The position numbers and the translations under genes are program-made. From Isurus oxyrinchus (Eukaryota): a stretch of DNA of 64,000 nucleotides. This document shows, one piece after another, positions 12,101-21,617 of this stretch; within the stretch, counting starts at the first letter, position 1, and every line of letters starts with the position of its first letter. Under the pieces are notes generated by a model. It ran no database searches and was not told where the DNA came from. It saw nothing but the letters and a program-made list of their open reading frames with translations. The stretch lies in contig JANJGN010000016.1 of NCBI GenBank assembly GCA_026770705.1, positions 88,102,001 through 88,166,000 on the forward strand, written 5' to 3'.

Positions 12101-12805
12101 CACGGTCCAATAGCCTGTCATGTTCACCCTCCCGCCTCACACTTGGAGGAATGAGCCCACTTGGGGAGGGTGGAGCTGTTCCCCAGTCAGAGACAGTGTC
12201 TTCAGGAGAGAGATGGAGAGCAGATTCCGGGAGGTCTGGAGTCTAGAGGGTGACATTTAAACATTCGGGGGAAACGGAGAGTCTCCCCGAAACCCTGGAA
12301 CACTGAAGCCACTTGATTGTGGGCTCTGCTCTACCTGTTTGTCATCAGAAATTTGCCAAGAGATAACCAGGGAGTGGAGAGAGCAGAGTTCAAGCTGGGG
12401 GAGGTGGGACCTCGGTGTCTCACTGTGCTGGTGCTGTGATCAGTTATATCAGAGACTGTGAGAGGGAGCCGGAGCTCGTATCAAACTCTGCCCGTGTCTG
12501 TCACACTGAGACTGACAGGAGTCTAGTGAGTGATTTCAGTCCATGGTGCAGCAATGTCAGCACAGTCTGCAAACGTCCAGATCTCCTCTAGACGGTGGGT
12601 AAAAGTTGGTTATTTCTATCTTGCTGCTTAAAGGGGGGAATGTAATGAAAGAAATACAGCTGGGCACCCTGTTATACACAGTGTTGTTCGCTGAACCATT
12701 TCATTCACTGCAATTCCTCACTAACACCTTCAACTATTCAGTATTAGTGTTTGAGAAAGTTTCAGTATTTAAAGGGTTAATAAGGGAGGATTGAGGTTTA
12801 CTTAC

Positions 12806-12840
12806 TCAGTCTGAGTTTGGTTCCTTTACCGAACGTAACC
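12806..12840 (-). CDS. IGKJ: Ig kappa-type J segment (VTFGKGTKLRL + phase-1 base)
   Basis: FGxG motif, followed by donor GTAAGT (12805-12800) and preceded by an RSS. Confidence 0.96.
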
Positions 12841-12879
12841 CACACTGAGAGCTTCCAGTGCAGGGGCTGTACAAAAACC
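12841..12879 (+). other. J recombination signal sequence, 23-bp spacer
   Basis: CACACTG (12841-12847), 23-nt spacer (12848-12870), ACAAAAACC (12871-12879). Confidence 0.95.
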
Positions 12880-12883
12880 TCAG

Positions 12884-13016
12884 CTCTCTGCTTCACTCAG
12901 TCACTCTCACCCTCTCTCTGTCTCTCTCACACTCACCTTTAACTCACTCTCACCCTCTCTCTGTCTCTCACTCACACTCACCTTTAACTCTCGCTCTTTT
13001 CCTCTCTCTGCTTCTC
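12884..13016. repeat. CT/CA-rich low-complexity tract between J and V
   Basis: ctctctctgtctctctcacactcacctttaactc-like repeats. Confidence 0.8.
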
Positions 13017-13117
13017 AATGTCTTTGTTTTGTTCCAAGAGTTGAGAGTCCTGATTTTATTTGATAAATCTTTCAGCTGCTCTTCATATGTGGACATGGAG
13101 GGTAAGAGGTAAAGTGA

Positions 13118-13536
13118 CCATCATTATATATTATAAATAATTGTGGGATATGTCAGTACAGGAGGTGGGACTGTGTGTCCATTATTATATATTCTATATA
13201 ACTGTGGGATGTGTCAGTACAGGAGGTGGGATTGTGTGTCCATTATTATATATTCTATATAACTGTGGGATGTGTCAGTACATGAGGTGGGACTGTGTGA
13301 CCATTATTATATATTCTATATATCTGTGGGATGTGTCAGTACAGGAGGTGGGACTGTGTGTCCATTATTATATATTCTATATAACTGTGGGATGTGTCAG
13401 TACAGGAGGTGGGACTGCGTGTCCATTATTATATATTCTATATAACTGTGGGATGTGTCAGTACAGGAGTTGGGACTGTGTGTCCATTATTATATATTCT
13501 ATATAACTGTGGGATGTGTCAGTACAGGAGGTGGTG
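13118..13536. repeat. 61-bp minisatellite, ~7 copies, between the V and J RSSs
   Basis: ctgtgggat recurs at 13202, 13263, 13324, 13385, 13446 and 13507 (period 61). Confidence 0.95.
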
Positions 13537-13549
13537 CTCTGTGTTTTGA

Positions 13550-13577
13550 GGTTTTTGTCAGGCTCTGTATCACTGTG
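13550..13577 (-). other. V recombination signal sequence, 12-bp spacer (perfect consensus)
   Basis: Minus strand CACAGTG (13577-13571), 12-nt spacer, ACAAAAACC (13558-13550). Confidence 0.97.
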
Positions 13578-13872
13578 GAGGACCAGCTGCTATACTGCTG
13601 ACAGTAATAATCAGCGACATCCTCATTCTGTACATTGCTGATTGTCAGGGTGAATTGAGTGCCAGATCCACTGCCGGTGAATCGCTCGGATGTTCCTGTG
13701 AATCGAGTTGTTGCAGCATAGATCAGGAGAGTCGGTTTCTGTCCTTCTCGCTGCTGGTACCAACTCACATAGCTGCTAACAGACTGACTGGCCGTACAGG
13801 TGATGGTGGCGGTCTGGCCCAGGCTCACTGACACCAGGGGAGGCTGTTTCATGGTGATGTCCCCACTGATAC
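13578..13872 (-). CDS. IGKV: Ig kappa-type V exon (end of leader plus V domain)
   Basis: Acceptor cccctcAG at 13873-13874. Reads [98 protein letters not shown], with the conserved C, WYQQ, LLIY, GSGSG and DYYC motifs and no stops. Confidence 0.97.
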
Positions 13873-14058
13873 CTGAGGGGTAATAGAGAAACAGAGTGAA
13901 GTAAGAACTGTCACACAAAGAGCCTGTAAAATGAGATATTGTTAGAGACAGTGACCGTTCCTCTGCTTTCAGCATTTTCCCTTCAATCACAAGTCAGTCG
14001 AATTGGATGGAAATGGAGAGCAGGAAAATATTCACGGTGGAAGGAGAGAGATTTGTAC

Positions 14059-14107
14059 CTGCGATGCAGAATGCCAGAGGCCAGATCAGCTGGATGGCTG
14101 AAATCAT
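14059..14107 (-). CDS. Leader (signal peptide) exon MISAIQLIWPLAFCIA(G)
   Basis: Kozak-like ACCATG at 14107, a hydrophobic peptide, and phase-1 donor G|GTACAA at 14058. A 186-bp intron leads to the V exon in matching phase. Confidence 0.92.
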
Positions 14108-14167
14108 GGTGTCTGCTCCTGTCCCTGTGCCTGGTCACTGATAAACTCTCCCTTCACTGGGCTCAGC

Positions 14168-14250
14168 TTTATACAGCTGCAGCCTGTCAGAGTCTCACTG
14201 GCTGTTCCTCAGTATGTAAATGGTATCACCCAGAGAGAACCACGTCAGCA
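14168..14250 (-). promoter_or_regulatory. Light-chain V promoter: TATA box, E-box, octamer variant
   Basis: Minus-strand TATAAA at 14168-14173, CAGCTG at 14174-14179, ATTTACAT at 14214-14221 (one mismatch to the light-chain-orientation octamer ATTTGCAT), and TGACGTG at 14241-14247. Confidence 0.7.
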
Positions 14251-14309
14251 CCTTTCACTTCCTCTTCAACTCTCTCGCTCTGCCTCTCTATCCCTCCCTC
14301 TGTCTGTCT

Positions 14310-14477
14310 NNNNNNNNNNNNNNNNNNNNNNNNNNNNNNNNNNNNNNNNNNNNNNNNNNNNNNNNNNNNNNNNNNNNNNNNNNNNNNNNNNNNNNNNNNN
14401 NNNNNNNNNNNNNNNNNNNNNNNNNNNNNNNNNNNNNNNNNNNNNNNNNNNNNNNNNNNNNNNNNNNNNNNNNNNNN
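14310..14477. other. Assembly gap (168 N) inside a CT-rich tract
   Basis: Run of N flanked by CT low-complexity sequence. Confidence 0.99.
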
Positions 14478-15149
14478 CCCTCACCACCTTTTCCATCTCT
14501 CTCTGCCTCCCCATCTCTCTCTCCCACCCTCCATCGTTCTGGAATTCTCTAACTGACTCTATAACAGGCGTTATTACTGGAGGTTGGAACACTTTGAGTC
14601 CTGGTGCAGCAGTTAAATGTTCCCTCTCTCTCTCACTCAGTCTCACAGTCTCCACCTCGCTCTCTCTTTCCCACAGTCTCCCAGGGGGAACGCAGTGAAA
14701 TGAAGGGTAAAACTCCCTCTGCTCTGCCCCACCAATGGATGTGAACCCTTGACCCCAGAAGCATGTCTTCTCCTGGAGTAAGGCCCCAATCCCCACACTG
14801 ACCATGCTTTGGCCTCTCTCAGTCAGACTGACAGATTATTGTCAAATTAAGGGCAGTTCTGTGCTGTTGGCCAATTCTCACTGGGGACTGGTTTGTAAAC
14901 AAACCTCATTTCATGAAGGCCCAGCAGAGAGAGGAGACCCTCACCCCATCAGTGTGAGCTGGAGGGACAGGGCAGAGTCTGACCCACTGAGCCATCCTGT
15001 CCATTCAGAACCATGTTCGAATCCCTTCCCCTCTCCCTCCCTTTCCATGGTCAGGCTCCGGGTCAGTGTGTTTTACTGGGATGAGGGGTGGACGATCACA
15101 CATTTACAACAGAAAGGAACTGTCCTCCACATCGACCATGGTGTCCATG

Positions 15150-15255
15150 TCCCACTGGACCCTCCAATAGGGACCAGGAAACATGGGCCTCCTTCCCACT
15201 GGAACCTCCAATAGGGACCAGTAAACATGGGCCTCCTGACTGCTGGACCTCCAGT
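15150..15255. repeat. Short tandem repeat (~45 bp, ~2.3 copies)
   Basis: cccactgga(a)cctccaatagggaccag.aaacatgggcctcc repeated. Confidence 0.75.
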
Positions 15256-15269
15256 GGCTGAGTTTCAAA

Positions 15270-16760
15270 CTGAGTTTCATCGTCTCCATCACGGCTGCTG
15301 GACAATCTTAATGGGAGAGGGTGAATTGCCAGAGTTTGTGGTTCACATTGTTTCCAATGACATTGTTCAAAAGAGGGATGAGGCACTGAAAGCAAATTTC
15401 ACAGAGCTAAGTGAGTCATTAAAAAGCAGGAGTTCAGAGGGAGTAATCTCCCGGTTAGTGCCAGTGCCATGAGCTAGTGAGCATAGAGAACGGAGGCTGG
15501 AGCTGATGAGTACGTGGCTGGAGAGACAGTGTAGGAGGGAGGGGTTCAGTTTCCTGGGACATTGGGACTGGTTCTACAGGAGGTGGGACCTGTACAAGCC
15601 GGATGGTTTGCACCTCAATGGGCCTGGGTCCAATATCCTTGGGGGAGGTTTGCTCGTGCTGTTGGGGGGGTTTAAACTCGTTTGGCAGGGGGATGGGAAC
15701 CTGAGGGTCGACTCAGATGGGGCAACATCAGAGCTGTAATGGAGGGCAGAAAATCAGAGTGAGTCTGGAAGACAGAGGAAACAAAAGATAGAAAATAACA
15801 AAGAGAATTGGACTTGCTACATACGACATACAGAGGAGCTGAGGGCACAGATAGCAGTGTGATATTATAGCGATTACAGAAACATGACTGAAAGAGGGAC
15901 AGGAATAGCAGCTCAACATTCCTGGTTACAGGGTTTTCAGGTGTTTAAAAAGGGAGCGAGGGATAGACCGAATAATTACAGACCAGTCAGTCCATAGTGA
16001 CTGTAGTCTTAGGGAATGTAGTCGCTGTAGCTTTAAGACTTATTGTGCTGTGTAGTATCATGTGACAGTGTGAATGAATCAGTCTGAGCGCGGGGAACCT
16101 TAGTGGGACAGGGGGTGGGGAGGTGGTAATTTTTTGTGTTTAGTTGTGGATGTGATGGAAAAGTGTAACTGCTGCTGAAGCCCTGCAAATAAAGTTCACT
16201 CTTTCTTATGAGAAACCTGTCTGGAAAATCAAGTCTGTAAACAGCCTGAGCTCAGTCGTAGGCAAATAATTGGAATAAATTCTGCAGACAGGATAAACTG
16301 GCACTTAGAAAGGCAGTGATTAACCAAGGACATCAGCATGGATTTGATGAGGGAAGGTCATGCCTGAATAATCTGTTGAATTTTTTGAGGAAGCAACAAG
16401 GAGGATTGATGAGGGTAGAGTAGTCACTGTGGTCTACATGGATTTAAACAAGGTTGTTGAAATATAAGAGCATGGGGCTTATTCTGGAACTGTATAAATC
16501 ATTAGTTAAATTTATAGTGATTGGGAGAAAGATTAGATGGGAGATGAGGCTCTGGAACTCACGGTCTGAAAGGGTCACAGAGGCAGGAACACTCAAACCA
16601 TTTAAAAGGTGTCTGGATATGAACCTCAAGAGCCTTAACCTGGAGGACTACAGACCAAACGCTGGAAAGTGGGATTCGGCCAGACGGCTCGTATTTCAGT
16701 GGCACAGACATGATGGGCCGAGTGGTCTCTTTCTGTGCCAGAAACTTTCTATGATTTTAT
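15270..16760 (+). mobile_element. Heavily deleted CR1 LINE (ORF1 SGNH esterase, EN, RT and 3' end remnants)
   Basis: VVHIVSNDI and WDLYKPDGLHLN (CR1 ORF1 esterase), DIIAITET (EN), NYRPVS, QHGF, and the WNS/AGKWD 3' end. Confidence 0.85.
15993..16243 (+). mobile_element. Solo LTR inserted in the CR1, related to the LTRs at 56466-57544
   Basis: Interrupts CR1 at NYRPVS|L. Shares gggaa(a)tgt..ctgtagctttaaga, tgctgctg..aaataaagt and atcaa.tct.ta(a)aca with the reverse complement of 56466-56704. Confidence 0.65.
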
Positions 16761-18009
16761 GTGGGCATCTCATTTCCATCCCCACAATATTGTCCGTCTC
16801 GACACTACATCAGCCCCTAGACCACAGAAACCCTTTCCCTGCATGTCTTGCCTCCTAACTTCATTATTCTAATGTCCTCTCCTGGCATCCTTCATCCACA
16901 CTCCATAAACCCCAAATTGCCCAAAGTGCAGAGTTCCATACACTGTCCCACACCAAGTGTTGTTCCAGCACTAGCACTTACATCACTGACCTGCCTGGCC
17001 TCACTGACCTGTTACCCATGTACTCACTGACCTGTTACCCCTCACCTTATTGACCTGCTCCACTATGGGGATAGAGATGGGGAGTGGGTCTCACTGGGTA
17101 ACTCACAGGCAGGATGGGCTGAATGGCCTCCTTCTGTGCTGTAAGATTCTAGGTAGTGGACACGGTTCACAGTTTTCTCCCGTGTCAGTAACAAACATCC
17201 AGCTGCTCTGAGCTCCTTCTTTCACTTCCTCTCTTGGTTACGTTTCAATCTTGCGATCGGACAATCTTTGCAGTTATTTTTTACACTGGGGGTTTCTGCT
17301 GTGGTCTGAATCTGTAATAATAACTGTCCGATCAGTGAAAAGAACAGCAGCTAAGAGCAGTCAGGACTGAGGAGGCAGGCTCACTGGGAAACACATTGGG
17401 AAGATCAAAGCCATCGTCTTCAGCTCCCGATACAAACTCCATCCCTCTCCCTGAGCACTGTCTGCTGCTGAACCAGACTCTTCACAACCTTGGCCTCATC
17501 TTTCACCCCGATCTGACCCCCCAAATCCTCCACATCACAAAGATCAGCCACTTGCCCCGATAACTGGAATGTGCTGACTACACAGAAGGAGCGGTTTAAC
17601 AAACAGGGAGGAGAAGAGTCAAAGACTTGGGGAGAGTAGAGACGGATGAGGGAAGGGACAGATAGGTGACTGACACAATTCAATGCAGAGGAGTTTGAGA
17701 TGATGGGTTTGAGGGGGAAAAGTAGTGAAAAGATGGTGAAGGATGTGTAGAAGCAGAGAGAGCTTGGCTCCAATTCCATCATTCCCTGAAAGTGGAAGTG
17801 CAGATTGATAAAGCCTTGAATTAAAATGATCAACAGCGTTAGGAATGGACAAACTACAGAGAGTAGAAATGGGAAATCCAAACAGAGAATTCACTAACCA
17901 TTCAGCAGCCTGTGGGGAATGAAAGTGTGGGTTGTAGTTCAAACTGCAGTTAATAAACAGGTGAATCTGTGGAGAATACAGGACGATGGGGAGAGAGCAG
18001 GGGAGTGGG

Positions 18010-18900
18010 ATTAGGAATATAGGAACAGGAGGAGGCCATTCAGCCCCTCGAGCCTGTCCCACCATTCAATTAGATCATGGCTGATCTGTATCTTAACTCC
18101 ATTTCTCCAGCTTGCCCCATAACCCTCAATCCCCTTGTGTAAGGAAAACCTAACAAGCTCAGGTTTAACATTTTCATGTGACCGCCCTCTCCCAGCCCCA
18201 ACAGCATTTTTTCTCAGGGGGAGAGAGTTCCAGATTTCCACTCCCCTTCCAGTGAAGAATTGCTTCCTGACATCACCCCTGAACGGCCGAGCTCGAATTT
18301 GAAGATTCTGCCCCCTCGTTCTCGACTCCCCCACCAGAGGACATGGTTTCTCTCCGTCTACACTAATCAGATTAAGTCTTTATTCATCTTAAACACCTCA
18401 ATTAGATCTCAGTTCAAGACAATCCAAGCTGAGTTTATACAATCTGCCCCGATAACTTAACCCTTTTAATCCTGGGATCATTCAGGTGAATCTGAGCTGT
18501 GCCCTCTCCATGGTCAATATATCCTTCCTGAGGTGCGGTGCCCTCAACTGATAAATATTGTGGAAAGCTGAGGCTCCAGCACAGATCCCTGGGGACATCA
18601 CTATTCACATCTTGCTCATTGGAGCACATACACATTATCCCTACTCTCTGTCTCCTGCCTCCTAACCAGTTCCTCATCCATGGCAACAGGTTTCCTCAAA
18701 TTCCATCTGCTTCCATTTTTATTCACAGTCTCTCGTGGGGAATCTTCCCTAATGTCTCCTGGAAATCAATATCAATAACAATCCATAGATTCTCTCTAAT
18801 CTACCATCGTAGTGACCACTTCAAAAATGTAACCAGGTTAGTTAAAGATGTCTGACCCTTTTTAAATCCATGCTGACTCTCTCTGATCAGTTCATATTTG
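18010..18900 (-). mobile_element. CR1 LINE 3' fragment
   Basis: ORFs 18011..18334 (RTRGQNLQIRARPFRGDVRKQFFT..WNSLP) and 18435..18686 (WMRNWLGGRRQRV). Confidence 0.85.
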
Positions 18901-19574
18901 TCACTCATTCTGTCTCTAATAACAGGTTCCAGTCACTTCCCCATTACAGACATTAAACTGAGAGGTTAGTTCTGAATGATCTGAGTGCACAGCTAGCACA
19001 GACACAAGGGGCTGAATGTCCTCCTCCTGTGCTATAGGCTTATCAGGCTCCTTGACTGAAACATATGGATGGGAACAGGAGGTGGGCTGGAGCTTAAACA
19101 ATGAGTTAAATGTAGACAGAGTGTCATTAGTGGGTAATGTACAGTGTACATTGTGTCCATGAGCCTCTCGAAAAGATATCTTTCTCTTTTTCCCTTTTCA
19201 GCTCCAGGCCTCTCATTAAGGAGCTGAAAGAATATTTAGTGAAGAAGTTTGCGGAGTGTGCGGGCTGTGTGAAGGATTTCGGCAGTGACTGATGATTGCA
19301 GCTCCTTGTTCAGTCTGCTCCTCCCTCACCACTGAACAAGACATGTAACCTCGTGTCACACTGAGTGAGATTACAATCAATATCATAGCGTCAGTCACAG
19401 AAAACAACAGCATCACAGTCTGAGAGACTGGGACAGATATCACTGCGTCACGTCAAAGAACAGAGCCCTGATCCCCTCCCACCATGCTCAGAAACCATAG
19501 AGCATCGAAAATATACTGACAAACACCCCCTTATATTAAACACTCACACCCAGAGAACATCTACAGAGGGACAA

Positions 19575-20020
19575 GGCAGGATAGAGATTGAGAGAGAGTG
19601 AGAGAGAGAGAGGGGGAGAGAGAGAGAGAGAGTGAGAGAGAGACAGGGAGATGGAGAGAGAGGCAGAGTGATAGAGAGAGAGAGGGTGAGATGGAGAGTT
19701 AGGTATAGAGGGAGAGCGACATAGAGAGTTTGAGAGAGAGAGAGAGTGAGAGAGAGAGAGAGTGAGAGAGAGACAGGGAGATGGAGACAGAGGCAGAGAG
19801 AGGCAGAGAGAGAGAGGGAGTGTGAGATGGAGAGTTAGGTATAGAGGGAAAGCGACATAGAGTGTTTGTGACAGAGAGAGTGAGAGAGTGAGAGAGAGAG
19901 TGGGAGAGAGAGAGTGAGAGACAGGGATGGGTTAGTGTGAAAGAGAGAGAGAGAGGGAGAGAGAGAGGGAGAGAGAGAGAGGGAGAGAGAGGGATGGGTT
20001 AGTGTGAGAGAGGGAGACTC
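19575..20020. repeat. GA-rich microsatellite/low-complexity tract
   Basis: (GA)n with internal duplicated blocks. Confidence 0.9.
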
Positions 20021-20454
20021 TGTGTCAGCTCCTGTACCTGCCTGAGTGAAGAAGTCTTATTAAAATTCTATCGGACCTCGGTGAGACCACACCTGGATTA
20101 CTGTGTACAGATTGACAGGGTAGACAGTGACAGGGTGAGACTGGCATCTTCCCTCACTGAGTCCCTTGTGTTTTCTATCAATCCAGCAGGATTTATGGAC
20201 AATTTCTACAGCCAGAAAACAAATGATCAGATTTATCCAATTCCATTTCACTAACTCCCATCCTGGGGTTTGAACTCATTCCCTCTGGGTTACTGGCTCA
20301 ATCCCATTCCCTACAGGGAAGAAGTGGTGGTGTGGATTGAGAGAGGCTGAAAGGCAGGGAGCAAGGGGACTGCATTAACCAGGGATCCACAGAGCAACAG
20401 GTTAGTCTGCACCAAACTGCAGCACAGGTGGTGAGAATGGACAGTAACCTCGTT

Positions 20455-20965
20455 CCACCTGATCTCCATCCCTCCCTCTGAGTGTCCCACCTTCCTCTCA
20501 GATACACACCTCCCTGATCTCCATCCCTCCCTCTGAGTGTCCCACCTTCCCCTCAGATACACACCTCCCTGATCTCCATCCCTCCCTCTGAGTGTCCGAC
20601 CTTCCTCTCAGTTAGACACCTCCCTGATCTCCATCCCTCCCTCTGAGTGTCCCACCTTCCTCTCAGATACACACCTCCCTGATCTCCATCCCTCCCTCTG
20701 AGTGTCCAATCTTCCTCTCAGTTACAGACCTCCCTGATCTCCATCCCTCCCTCTGAGTGTTTGACCTTCCTCTCAGATACACACCTCCCTGATCTCCATC
20801 CCTCCCTCTGAGTGTCCCACCTTCCTCTCAGATACACACCTCCATGATCTCCATCCCTCCCTCTGAGTGTCCCACCTTCCTCTCAGATACACACCTCCCT
20901 GATCTCCATCCCTCCTTATGAGTGTCCGATCTTCCTCTCAGATACACAACTCTCTGATCTCTATC
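20455..20965. repeat. 55-bp minisatellite, ~9 copies (gatctccatccctccctctgagtgtcccaccttcctctcagatacacacctccct)
   Basis: gatctcc recurs at 20461, 20516, 20571, 20626 and onward, then decays into a CT-rich tail to ~21110. Confidence 0.93.
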
Positions 20966-21617
20966 CGTCTCTCTATCTGACCTCAATCCCTATCTCTATC
21001 TGACCTCCATCCCTCTCTCTCTCTGACCTCCATCCCTTCTCTATTTGGCGTCCACCCCTCCCTCTAATGAACCTCCATCCCTCTCTCTATCTATCCTCCA
21101 TCCCTCTCTCTACTTGAGCTGCTGACGCTCAGATCTGACACAATTACAGTTAATCCCGTTGTGAACAGTGTCGGCCTATTTGGAATGTCAGTTTGATGAA
21201 GTCAGTTTGAGCCATTACTCCAAGGACATCACAGATGGTTTGTACATAGGGGAACCCACAAACCAGAGAATTGTGTCAGTAAACACAGAGAGAATGAAAG
21301 ATACAATTAAAACTTTATTAATATGGTTATTAGAGCTGTGTCACTACATAGTTAAAATGTTAGTGATGATATATCCTGCGGAGTAATATATAGAGAAGCC
21401 TGAGTAATAAATAATATATATCATTTCATGTTACATAATATATTACAGTAATATATTACAATTATATATTGTCTATATACAGTAATATATGCAGATCAGA
21501 TAATTGTGCCAATGTATAAAGATCTAAAAAATGCAACAATAAAAGTTTTGGAATATGATGTTCAGCAAAATGTCATTTTTATAGTTTAACAATGGTTACT
21601 TATTGGTGAAGATTTAC

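Noticed and set aside
13499-13990. ORF-track 163-aa ORF as a single-exon gene or germline-joined VJ
   Set aside because: Its N-terminal part is the leader intron and its C-terminal part reads through the RSS. V and J are clearly unjoined.
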